DNA of 64,000 nucleotides from an uncultured Clostridia bacterium (GTDB lineage Bacteria; Bacillota; Clostridia; TANB77; CAG-508): NCBI GenBank assembly GCA_934177485.1, contig CAKPPF010000001.1, positions 256,618 to 320,617 of the forward strand, read 5' to 3'. Shown piece by piece: positions 40,027 to 48,446 of this stretch (position 1 is its first letter; each line of letters starts with the position of its first letter). The notes under the pieces were generated by a model. It saw only the letters and a program-made list of their open reading frames with translations, ran no database searches and was not told where the DNA came from. The position numbers and the translations under genes were made by a program.

Positions 40027-41388
40027 ATGGAAGAAAAGAAACAAATAAAAATCAGCTTAAAAACTGTGATTATTTTATTTATTATATTACTAGGGTTATT
40101 AATAGGCATATATTTTTTAATAGTAAACCTAACAAATAAAAAATATATTAATTATGGCGCTATTGAGATTGAAAATAGCGAAATATCAGATGAAACAATT
40201 ATACAATTATTGGATGTTGATGCAAAAGATTTTACAAATTTCAAAGATAACTTTATAGGTGCTAATGTAGTAATTGAAGATAAGCCTGAACAAACAAAGC
40301 GTTCAACTTTTATAATAGAAAGCGACACAGAAATTAGTAATTCAAAGAAAATAGAATTAAAAAACCAAGCTCAAGAAAACTTTAAGTTACTTGAAACATA
40401 TATTCTAAATTGCGATAAAGATATAGCACAAAGATTATTAGAAGGATTGAAAAATCCAAATTTATATACCTATACAAATAAAAAATTAACACTAATTGAA
40501 AACTCCGATGACATAAATGTATCATCGGAAACATTGAATAAATTCTATGCATATGTTTGCTCAGGATTAATAAAAAATCATTTTAATTTTGAAGAATATA
40601 GTATAAATATATTAAATATAGAAAAAAATAATGATATTGATATTTATATGACAATAAATAATAAATATTTTATAACTTTTGAATATGGTGAATCGGAATG
40701 TTATTTTTCTTTCTATAAAGGAACAGAATATAATATAAATAAAAAATATTTAGTATTTGATCATATTGGAGGATATAATTCTTTAAAATCTTGGTATAGA
40801 ATTGGAACAATGACATCAATTGGAACAATGACATCAATTGCTAAACCGATTATATATTTATATCCAACAGAAGACACAGAAATATCTGTGAAATTATTAA
40901 AAGATGAAGATTTAACTTGTTCATACCCTAAATATAAAGATAAATGGAAAGTATTAGCACAACCTAATGGAAATTTAAAGGATTTAAATACAAATAGACA
41001 GCTATACTCTTTATATTATGAAAGTAAGAGTAACTCAGAATTTAAAGTTGAAAGCAAAGGATTTGTGATAAAAGGCGTAGATACAATTAAATTTTTAGAA
41101 GAAAAACTCGCTATATTAGGATTGACAGAAAGAGAAACTGAAGAATTTATTATTTATTGGCTACCAAAGTTAGAGGCTAATAAATATAATTATATCAGAT
41201 TTGCTACTACTGATGAAATAAACAAAAACATGCCATTAGAAATAAATCCAAGTCCAGATACAATTATTAGGGTTTTAATGATATTTAAAGGTTTAGATAA
41301 TCCTATTGAGGTTCAAGAGCAACAATTAACAACACCAGAAAGAAAGGGTTTTGTTGCTGTTGAATGGGGAGGAACTGAAATAAAATAA
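40027..41388 (+). CDS. Membrane-anchored hypothetical protein with a conserved-looking C-terminal globular domain
   Basis: 453-aa ORF with an AAGGAGAGG RBS and one N-terminal TM segment. It contains an 18-bp perfect tandem duplication (40801-40836). Confidence 0.7.
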   Translation: MEEKKQIKISLKTVIILFIILLGLLIGIYFLIVNLTNKKYINYGAIEIENSEISDETIIQLLDVDAKDFTNFKDNFIGANVVIEDKPEQTKRSTFIIESDTEISNSKKIELKNQAQENFKLLETYILNCDKDIAQRLLEGLKNPNLYTYTNKKLTLIENSDDINVSSETLNKFYAYVCSGLIKNHFNFEEYSINILNIEKNNDIDIYMTINNKYFITFEYGESECYFSFYKGTEYNINKKYLVFDHIGGYNSLKSWYRIGTMTSIGTMTSIAKPIIYLYPTEDTEISVKLLKDEDLTCSYPKYKDKWKVLAQPNGNLKDLNTNRQLYSLYYESKSNSEFKVESKGFVIKGVDTIKFLEEKLAILGLTERETEEFIIYWLPKLEANKYNYIRFATTDEINKNMPLEINPSPDTIIRVLMIFKGLDNPIEVQEQQLTTPERKGFVAVEWGGTEIK

Positions 41389-41631
41389 AAGGCATTTTTA
41401 ATACAAAATATTTTTCCAACAACAGAAAAATATGTAGAAAGTAAATACCAAAATAAAATGCAAGATGTTGAAATAACTGAAGTATTGAAAAGAAAAATTA
41501 TACATGCATCAACCAATGTAATAAAACTAGCTAAAAAAGGTATTAATATTCCGTTTTACGATATTATAGAAATGAAAAATGTACTACTGAAAAAATAATA
41601 GGGCTATTATTACTAAAAACAAAGATAGCTA

Positions 41632-41743
41632 AAAAGTTGCGTTCTAATACAACCTTCATACGAATACAATTAAACAAATGTAATCGTATGGAGGTTTTGC
41701 TTTATGACCAAAGTTTCAATAGAAGAACGTGCAATGGAACTTG
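41632..41743 (+). repeat. Right direct repeat of the island (leader and 5' end of the intact spoIIID)
   Basis: Pairs with 30351-30462 (102 of 112 identical, no gaps). Confidence 0.85.
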
Positions 41744-41973
41744 CACAGTATATAATAGATTCAAAAGATACAGTAAGAGGAGCAGCCAAAAAGTATGGAA
41801 TAAGCAAAAGCACAGTACACAAAGATGTAAGTGAGAGATTACTAAAGATAAATCCAGCATTAGCACACGAAGTTAGAATTGTTTTAGATGAAAATAAAGC
41901 AGAAAGACATATAAGAGGTGGAATGGCCACAAAGCTAAAATATGAACATGATAGGGCAATCAAGAGTAGATAA
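41704..41973 (+). CDS. spoIIID: Stage III sporulation transcriptional regulator SpoIIID
   Basis: 'VSIEERAMELAQYII...TVRGAAKKYGISKSTVHKDV...RHIRGG' is the characteristic SpoIIID HTH protein. A terminator hairpin lies at 41961-41989. Confidence 0.9.
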   Translation: MTKVSIEERAMELAQYIIDSKDTVRGAAKKYGISKSTVHKDVSERLLKINPALAHEVRIVLDENKAERHIRGGMATKLKYEHDRAIKSR

Positions 41974-41984
41974 TACTCTTGATT

Positions 41985-42122
41985 TTTTTGTTGAATAGGA
42001 AAGATCAAAGATTTTTTTATTCAACAAAAAATGCTATAATCGCTATTGCCTTTGAGATTCCATTATTTCATTTGGAAACTCAAATCGGCGATAAGAAAAG
42101 TGTTGCAAAGTCACTTTTCTTG
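41985..42122. repeat. Composite intergenic repeat (modules E and D)
   Basis: ttgttgaataggaaagatcaaagatttttttattcaacaa followed by a diverged copy of module D. Confidence 0.75.
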
Positions 42123-42196
42123 TCACTGTTTTGTCATATATAAGTGATACATTACAAATAGTATGATATAATAGATCATAGGATGGTAAATTGAAG

Positions 42197-42874
42197 ATGA
42201 TAAAAGTTTTGTTAGTAGAAGATAATAATTCAATAATTTTAGGGTTAGAGTACTTATTTAAAGAAGAAAAATTTGAATATAGTATTGTAAAAAATAAAAG
42301 AGATACTTTAAATATTTTAGATAAAGAGAAATTTGATATTATTTTATTAGATGTGTCACTTCCAGATGGAAATGGTTTTGATATTTGTAAATATATAAAA
42401 GAAAAAAAGAATACACCAGTAATATTCTTAACAGCAAAGGATGAAGAAAAAGATGTTGTAATGGGATTTGATTTAGGTGCAGATGATTATATTATAAAAC
42501 CATTTAGAAATAGAGAGCTTATATCAAGAATAAAAAATGTTCTAAGAAGAAAAAACAATTTAGATAATTGTTTGCAAATTAAAAATATAAAAATTAATAC
42601 CGAAACTGGAAAAGTGTATAAAAATGAAGAAGAAATAACTCTTACTAAACTTGAATATAAAATATTAGTTAATTTATTTTCTAATAAAAATAGATTAATA
42701 ACAAGGGAAGAAATATTAAATGACATATGGGACATAGCAGGAAACTTTGTAGAAGATAATACACTTACAGTATATATAAAAAGAATAAGAGAAAAAATAG
42801 GAGATAAAGAAAGCAAAATAATAGAGACTGTTAGAGGAATAGGTTATAGAGTAATAGATGAGGAGAAAAAATGA
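42197..42874 (+). CDS. OmpR-family response regulator
   Basis: Receiver domain 'ILLDVSLPDGNG' and a winged-helix C-terminus 'TVRGIGYRV'. Confidence 0.9.
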   Translation: MIKVLLVEDNNSIILGLEYLFKEEKFEYSIVKNKRDTLNILDKEKFDIILLDVSLPDGNGFDICKYIKEKKNTPVIFLTAKDEEKDVVMGFDLGADDYIIKPFRNRELISRIKNVLRRKNNLDNCLQIKNIKINTETGKVYKNEEEITLTKLEYKILVNLFSNKNRLITREEILNDIWDIAGNFVEDNTLTVYIKRIREKIGDKESKIIETVRGIGYRVIDEEKK

Positions 42875-44094
42875 AAGTTTTAAAAAATAAAGGGTTAAAG
42901 AATTTAATACTAATTAGTGCAGTAATAGTTATATTTGCTAGTATTCTTGCTATTTGTTTTAACAATTATTGCAATCTTAAATATCAACAAACCATTAATT
43001 CATATATTTCCAAAATACTAAATGCTGTGGAAAAAGAATATCCTAATGTAAATGATGAAGACTTAATAAAAATATTAAATAACCCCAAAATAGAAGAAAA
43101 TAAGAAACTACTAGAAAAATATGGAATATATAATGAGCCAGCAATAGAAGGTTTAAAGCAAAGAGATAAAGGCATTATTAATATAAACTTAATAATATTA
43201 ATAACGACAAGTGTAGTTTTAATAGTTATATTCTATTTTTATTTAAAAAATAGGCAAGCAGAAATTGATAAAATTACAAAATACGTAGAAAAGGTTTCAA
43301 ATAAAAAGTATTCTTTGGATATTGATGAAAATACAGAAGATGAATTAAGTAGTTTGAAAAATGAACTATACAAAATAACTGTAATGTTAAAAGAGGAGGC
43401 AGATAATTCTGAAAAACAAAAAGAAGCTCTAACAACAGCAATTTCAGATATATCACATCAATTAAAAACACCACTTACTTCAATCTTAATAATGTTAGAT
43501 AATTTAAGTGAAAGCGATAATATGGATAAACAAACGAGAGACAGATTCATAGCTGAAATATCAAGACAGATAGAAAATATGAATTGGCTTGTAATCTCGC
43601 TTTTAAAATTATCAAGATTAGATGCTGGAGTGGTTGAATTTGAGAAAGAAAAAATAAATGCTAACATATTAATAAATGAGGTAATATCAAATTTAGAAAT
43701 AATGGCAGAATTAAAAAATGTAGGTTTTGAAATACAAACTAATAAAGATTGTTATTTTATAGGAGACTATAACTGGAACAAGGAAGCAATTCAAAACATT
43801 GTAAAAAATGCAATTGAGCATACAAAAGCAAATACAAAAGTAAGAATTAAAATCGAGGAAAATAGTGTATATACAAGTATAACAATAAAAGATGAAGGAG
43901 ACGGAATAAAAGAAAAAGATTTAAAACATATATTTGATAGATTTTATAAATCTGAAAATTCGTCAGAAAATAGTTTTGGAATAGGCTTGTCACTTTCTAA
44001 AAGTATAATAGAAGAGCAGAATGGTTATATACAAGTTGAAACAGAAGAAAATAAGGGCACAACTTTTGTTATAAAATATATAAGTGAGTATTGA
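42871..44094 (+). CDS. Sensor histidine kinase
   Basis: Two TM segments, H-box 'SHQLKTPLTS', and N/G boxes ('NAIEHT', 'GIGLSLSK'). It overlaps the regulator gene by 4 nt. Confidence 0.9.
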   Translation: MKVLKNKGLKNLILISAVIVIFASILAICFNNYCNLKYQQTINSYISKILNAVEKEYPNVNDEDLIKILNNPKIEENKKLLEKYGIYNEPAIEGLKQRDKGIININLIILITTSVVLIVIFYFYLKNRQAEIDKITKYVEKVSNKKYSLDIDENTEDELSSLKNELYKITVMLKEEADNSEKQKEALTTAISDISHQLKTPLTSILIMLDNLSESDNMDKQTRDRFIAEISRQIENMNWLVISLLKLSRLDAGVVEFEKEKINANILINEVISNLEIMAELKNVGFEIQTNKDCYFIGDYNWNKEAIQNIVKNAIEHTKANTKVRIKIEENSVYTSITIKDEGDGIKEKDLKHIFDRFYKSENSSENSFGIGLSLSKSIIEEQNGYIQVETEENKGTTFVIKYISEY

Positions 44095-44182
44095 CAAATA
44101 ATCAATAAATAAATATACTAATGCAAAGGTATTAAATTATCTTAATAATAAAATTTATTAGAAGCAATAAGGAGATGATATT

Positions 44183-44398
44183 ATGACTAATGAAGAAAAA
44201 ATAAAAATATTTAAACAAAAAACAATAGAAGAACTAACACAAATATTAAATAATCCAAATTCGACAGAGTCAGATATAATTATAGCAACTATTGAAAAAC
44301 AAGATAAAGAAGAAAAGTTGGGAACAGCAATACATTACACAACAGAAGAAGTATTGGAGCACATATTTGGCGAAAATAGAGTGGTTGAGAGCTGCTAA
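44183..44398 (+). CDS. Putative antitoxin of the adjacent ParE-like toxin
   Basis: 71-aa acidic ORF with an AAGGAG RBS that overlaps the toxin gene. No family recognised. Confidence 0.45.
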   Translation: MTNEEKIKIFKQKTIEELTQILNNPNSTESDIIIATIEKQDKEEKLGTAIHYTTEEVLEHIFGENRVVESC

Positions 44399-44663
44399 TG
44401 ATGATTTAATTCAAATATATAATTATATTAATCAAGATTCTATATATTATTCTGTAAAAACAGTAAATAATATTGTTGATTTAGTAGATAATCTTGAAGC
44501 TTCACCATATTTAGGAAGAAAAATTCCTGAATATAATAAAGACAATGAAAGAGAGTTAATATATAAGTCTTATAGAATAATTTATAAAATTGAATATGAT
44601 AGAATTTTTATTCGTAGAATTTGGCATTCAGCAAGGAAATTGCCACAACAATTTATATCTTAA
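44367..44663 (+). CDS. ParE/RelE-superfamily toxin
   Basis: 'IEWLRAANDDLIQIYNYI...YRIIYKIEYDRIFIRRIWHSAR' fits the ParE pattern. The likely start is TTG 44367. The ORF-track ATG at 44292 would add a 25-aa out-of-family extension. Confidence 0.65.
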   Translation: MAKIEWLRAANDDLIQIYNYINQDSIYYSVKTVNNIVDLVDNLEASPYLGRKIPEYNKDNERELIYKSYRIIYKIEYDRIFIRRIWHSARKLPQQFIS

Positions 44664-44812
44664 AAATTTGATCTTTAATTAAATCCCTAAATAATTTAAT
44701 ACCTTTATAAAATATCTTATTTAATATTTAGTATTACTTTTTAAATTTTAATTTTAAAATACTTAACAAACAACTTTGTTATAATAGAAAAGTGATACTT
44801 TATTATTATATT

Positions 44813-44921
44813 AAAAGCCATGATTGCTATATTTTTGAGATTTTCTCCTTTTAGCCAGAAAACTCAAATTGGGTGAGAACAAATCAAAGAAAATTGAAAA
44901 AATTTTTATTTGTTCTTGTCA
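44813..44921. repeat. Intergenic repeat module D' upstream of the ABC operon
   Basis: gccatgattgctatatttttgagattttctccttttagccagaaaactcaaattgggtgagaacaaatcaaag...atttgttcttgtca. Related copies occur at 749-859 and 59149-59241. Confidence 0.75.
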
Positions 44922-44974
44922 TAAAAAAGTCATTTTGAATGTGTAGAATATAAACAAATAAGGAGGAAAACAAA

Positions 44975-45640
44975 ATGGAAATTTTAAAAGTTGAACATTT
45001 AACTAAGAAATATGGAAAAGGAGAAAATGAAGTTATAGCAGTAAATGATATGTCTTTTTCAGTAAATAAAGGAGAATTTGTTGCAATTGTTGGAAGCTCT
45101 GGAAGCGGAAAATCTACTTTGTTACATTTGTTAGGTGGAGTAGATAGACCAACTTCAGGAAAAGTATTTATAGAAGGAAAAAATATATATGAATTAGATG
45201 ATGACAAACTTGCGATTTTTAGGAGAAGGCAAGTTGGATTAATTTATCAATTCTATAATTTAATACCAATATTAAATGTAGAAGAAAATATAACTCTTCC
45301 ATGTGATTTAGATGGGAAGACAGTAAATAAAGAACAATTACAAGAATTATTAAAAACTTTGGGATTAGAAAAAAGAGTAAAACATTTGCCAAACCAGTTA
45401 TCAGGGGGGCAACAACAAAGAGTTTCAATAGGAAGAGCTCTAATTACAAACCCAGCAATAGTATTGGCAGATGAGCCAACAGGAAACTTAGATTCAAAAG
45501 CAAGTGATGAAATAGTTGAATTATTAAAGCTATCAAATAAAAAATATAAACAAACTGTAATTATGATAACTCATAATTTAGAAATAGCAAAAGAAGCAGA
45601 TAGAATTATACGTATTGAAGATGGTAAAATTTTAAATTAA
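44975..45640 (+). CDS. ABC transporter ATP-binding protein (MacB/FtsE-type)
   Basis: Walker A 'GSSGSGKST', signature 'LSGGQQQR' and Walker B 'VLADEPTG'. Confidence 0.95.
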   Translation: MEILKVEHLTKKYGKGENEVIAVNDMSFSVNKGEFVAIVGSSGSGKSTLLHLLGGVDRPTSGKVFIEGKNIYELDDDKLAIFRRRQVGLIYQFYNLIPILNVEENITLPCDLDGKTVNKEQLQELLKTLGLEKRVKHLPNQLSGGQQQRVSIGRALITNPAIVLADEPTGNLDSKASDEIVELLKLSNKKYKQTVIMITHNLEIAKEADRIIRIEDGKILN

Positions 45641-45693
45641 ATATTTAAAAATATTAATTTAAAATTATTAATAGAAGAAAGGAAAGAACAAAA

Positions 45694-48309
45694 ATGAATT
45701 TGTTAAATAAATTAACTATTACAAACTTGAAGTTGAATAAAAAAAGAACAATAGTTACAATCATTGGAATTATTCTTGCAACAGCATTAATAACAGCAGT
45801 AGCGGGAATGGTTACAAGCTTTAGACAGACTTTGATTAATTGGACTATAAAAACAGACGGAAATTATCATTACACTTTTAAAGAGGTCCCAAGTGAAGAA
45901 TTAAAGTATATAGAAAATAATAGAAATGTAGAAAGCTATTATTTAATTCAAAATATTGGTTATGCCAAATTAAATGGATGCAAAAATGAATATAAACCTT
46001 ACTTATATGTGATGGCATATAATAAGGAAGCATTAAAAAATGCTCCAATTGACTTAGTAGAGGGAAGATTACCACAAAATGAAAATGAACTTGTAATATC
46101 AGAACATATTATTACTAATGGAAAAGTAAATTACAAAATTGGGCAAAAAATTTCTTTAGATATTGGAGAAAGACTAAGCGAAGATTCAAAACTTAACCAA
46201 CAAAATCCGTATAATGGAAAAGAGAAAATTAAAACCGAAATTAACAAAACATATGAAATAGTTGGAATAATGCAAAGACAAAGAAATAATGTTGAACCGT
46301 ATTCTGCACCAGGATATACTGTGATTACATATCTAGATGATAGTAATATTAAAGAAAATACAAATATATATGTGTTACTTAATAAAAATAAATTAAAAGA
46401 CAGATATAAGGTATTTGCTGATATTTTGGACATTCCAGAGGATTTAGCAGAAAAAAATGTAAAAGGTAATATTACCATAGAAGAATTTGATAAGTTAAAT
46501 GAAACTGCTAAGTATAAATTTGAAATTAATAAAGATTTACTAAGATTTCAAGCTTTAGAATTTGGAGATTCAATTTTAAGTACATTATATGCATTAAGTA
46601 TAATAATTATTTCGATAATTATTGTAACAAGTGTATTTTGTATACGAAATAGCTTTGCAATATCTATAACAGAAAAAATGAAACAATATGGAATGCTTGC
46701 ATCTGTTGGCGCAACATCAAAACAAATAAAGAAAAATGTATTTTATGAAGCTTTAATCTTATCAGCTGTAGCTATACCAATTGGTGTACTTTGCGGGATG
46801 CTTGCCGTATTTATAGTATTAAAAGTAATTTCAGCAATATTATCAGAATCATTGAATGGAGTGATATTCGTATATAGCGTTCCATGGGCTGCAATAGCAA
46901 TTTCTGTGATATTAGCAATTATTACAATATTCTTTTCAGCTAAAAAGTCTGCTAAAAGAGCTGCCAAAGTATCTCCAATTGAAGCAATAAGGTCAAACGA
47001 AGATATTAAAATAAAATCTAAAAAACTTAGATCTCCAAAGATTATTAAGAAAATATTTGGAGTTGGTGGAGATATTGCATATAAAAATCTAAAAAGAAAT
47101 AAGAAAAAATATAGAACAACGGTTATTTCAATAGTTGTAAGTGTTGCAATATTTATACCAACATCAACATTTATTAATTATGCATTTAAAACTTCATCAA
47201 TGTATTATCAATATGGAGAAGCAAGGCATAATTTAGTGGTAAGAGTTCAAAAACAAAACCAAGCAGATAATGAAAGTATAAACAAAATAATTGAACTAGA
47301 TGGTATAAAAGAGTATTCAATACAAAGATCAGTAATCGCTAGTGTAGATATTAAAGATGTAAAATATTCAAGTATGGGAAGAGAATATATAGGAAAATTT
47401 GAAGAAGAGGGAGGATCAACTACTACAAACTTTAGTATTTATTCAGTTGACAAAGAAGAATATAATAGATATATAAATAAACTTGGATTAAAATATGATG
47501 ATGTAAAAGATAAAGCAATATTAATAAATAGTGCAATGACCTATGTTAAAAATGATAAAGGAAAATATATAAATACAAAATTTGAACCATATGAATATAA
47601 AGTAGGAGACATAATAAAAGTAAAATTAGTGGGAGATGGCATAGAAGATAAAAATACTCAAATTGAAATAGCTAAAACAACAGACAAAGTCCCAATGGGA
47701 TTTGAAGGTAGAACAAGTAATGGGTATCTTATAGTAAGCAATGAATGGATTGAGCAAAATAGTAATTATCTACTGAATGGAATCGAGCTTTATATAAATT
47801 GTAATAATTCAGATGTATTAGAAGAAAATATAAGAAAGATAGATAAAAATCTTAATATAACTAATATAGATTCATATATAAGAGAAGAAAAAGCAATGTG
47901 GATAGTAATTGCAATATTCCTTTATGGTTTTATAACAGTAATTTCATTAATTGGCGTTACAAATATATTTAATACAATAACAACAAATATGAACTTACGA
48001 AGTAAGGAATTTGCAAACTTAAAATCTATTGGAATGACAACTAAAGAATTTAATAGAATGATAAGATTAGAAAGTATATTTTATGGAACTAAATCATTAT
48101 TAATAGGAATACCAATTGGAACATTATTGTCTTATTTAATGTTTAAGGCCTTTGGAGAAAGTGTAGACTTTGGATTTATATTCCCAGTAAGTGGAATTTT
48201 AATCTCAATAATAGCAGTATTTAGTTTAATAATAAGTATAATGAAATATTCGTTAAATAAAATAAACAAACAAAATATAATAGAAACAATAAGGAAAGAT
48301 AATATATAA
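45694..48309 (+). CDS. Fused double FtsX/MacB-type ABC permease
   Basis: 871 aa with two TM1, large extracytoplasmic domain, 3-TM FtsX units in tandem. Confidence 0.8.
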   Translation: MNLLNKLTITNLKLNKKRTIVTIIGIILATALITAVAGMVTSFRQTLINWTIKTDGNYHYTFKEVPSEELKYIENNRNVESYYLIQNIGYAKLNGCKNEYKPYLYVMAYNKEALKNAPIDLVEGRLPQNENELVISEHIITNGKVNYKIGQKISLDIGERLSEDSKLNQQNPYNGKEKIKTEINKTYEIVGIMQRQRNNVEPYSAPGYTVITYLDDSNIKENTNIYVLLNKNKLKDRYKVFADILDIPEDLAEKNVKGNITIEEFDKLNETAKYKFEINKDLLRFQALEFGDSILSTLYALSIIIISIIIVTSVFCIRNSFAISITEKMKQYGMLASVGATSKQIKKNVFYEALILSAVAIPIGVLCGMLAVFIVLKVISAILSESLNGVIFVYSVPWAAIAISVILAIITIFFSAKKSAKRAAKVSPIEAIRSNEDIKIKSKKLRSPKIIKKIFGVGGDIAYKNLKRNKKKYRTTVISIVVSVAIFIPTSTFINYAFKTSSMYYQYGEARHNLVVRVQKQNQADNESINKIIELDGIKEYSIQRSVIASVDIKDVKYSSMGREYIGKFEEEGGSTTTNFSIYSVDKEEYNRYINKLGLKYDDVKDKAILINSAMTYVKNDKGKYINTKFEPYEYKVGDIIKVKLVGDGIEDKNTQIEIAKTTDKVPMGFEGRTSNGYLIVSNEWIEQNSNYLLNGIELYINCNNSDVLEENIRKIDKNLNITNIDSYIREEKAMWIVIAIFLYGFITVISLIGVTNIFNTITTNMNLRSKEFANLKSIGMTTKEFNRMIRLESIFYGTKSLLIGIPIGTLLSYLMFKAFGESVDFGFIFPVSGILISIIAVFSLIISIMKYSLNKINKQNIIETIRKDNI

Positions 48310-48446
48310 TAATATAGAAATGCCTGCCAACAAAAAGTAAAATATAATTTTCCTTTTGCTCTTAAATTGTAACACACTAATATTTAGTCACAATAATATA
48401 TTTTTCGACATAGTATATATAAGCCTAGAACAATAGAGGTGATACT

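Noticed and set aside
41458-41598. Short ORF (MQDVEITEVLKRKIIHASTNVIKLAKKGINIPFYDIIEMKNVLLKK) between the operon and the right direct repeat
   Set aside because: It is under 50 aa with no clear RBS and no recognisable motif. It could be a gene remnant at the island edge, but the evidence is insufficient.
30351-41743. Island interpreted as a prophage
   Set aside because: I can recognise no terminase, portal, capsid, tail, lysin or integrase ORF. The only mobile signatures are an IS200-type remnant and a possible conjugation-protein fragment.
41637-42008. ORFs 41637-41834 (+) and 41670-42008 (-) overlapping spoIIID
   Set aside because: The in-frame 89-aa product at 41704-41973 is an unmistakable SpoIIID. 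The overlapping frames have no support.
44292-44366. ATG at 44292 as the start of the ParE-like toxin (123 aa)
   Set aside because: The extra 25 residues lie entirely inside the upstream antitoxin-like ORF and are not ParE-like. TTG 44367, just before 'KIEWLRAANDDL', fits the family length better, although the start remains unproven.
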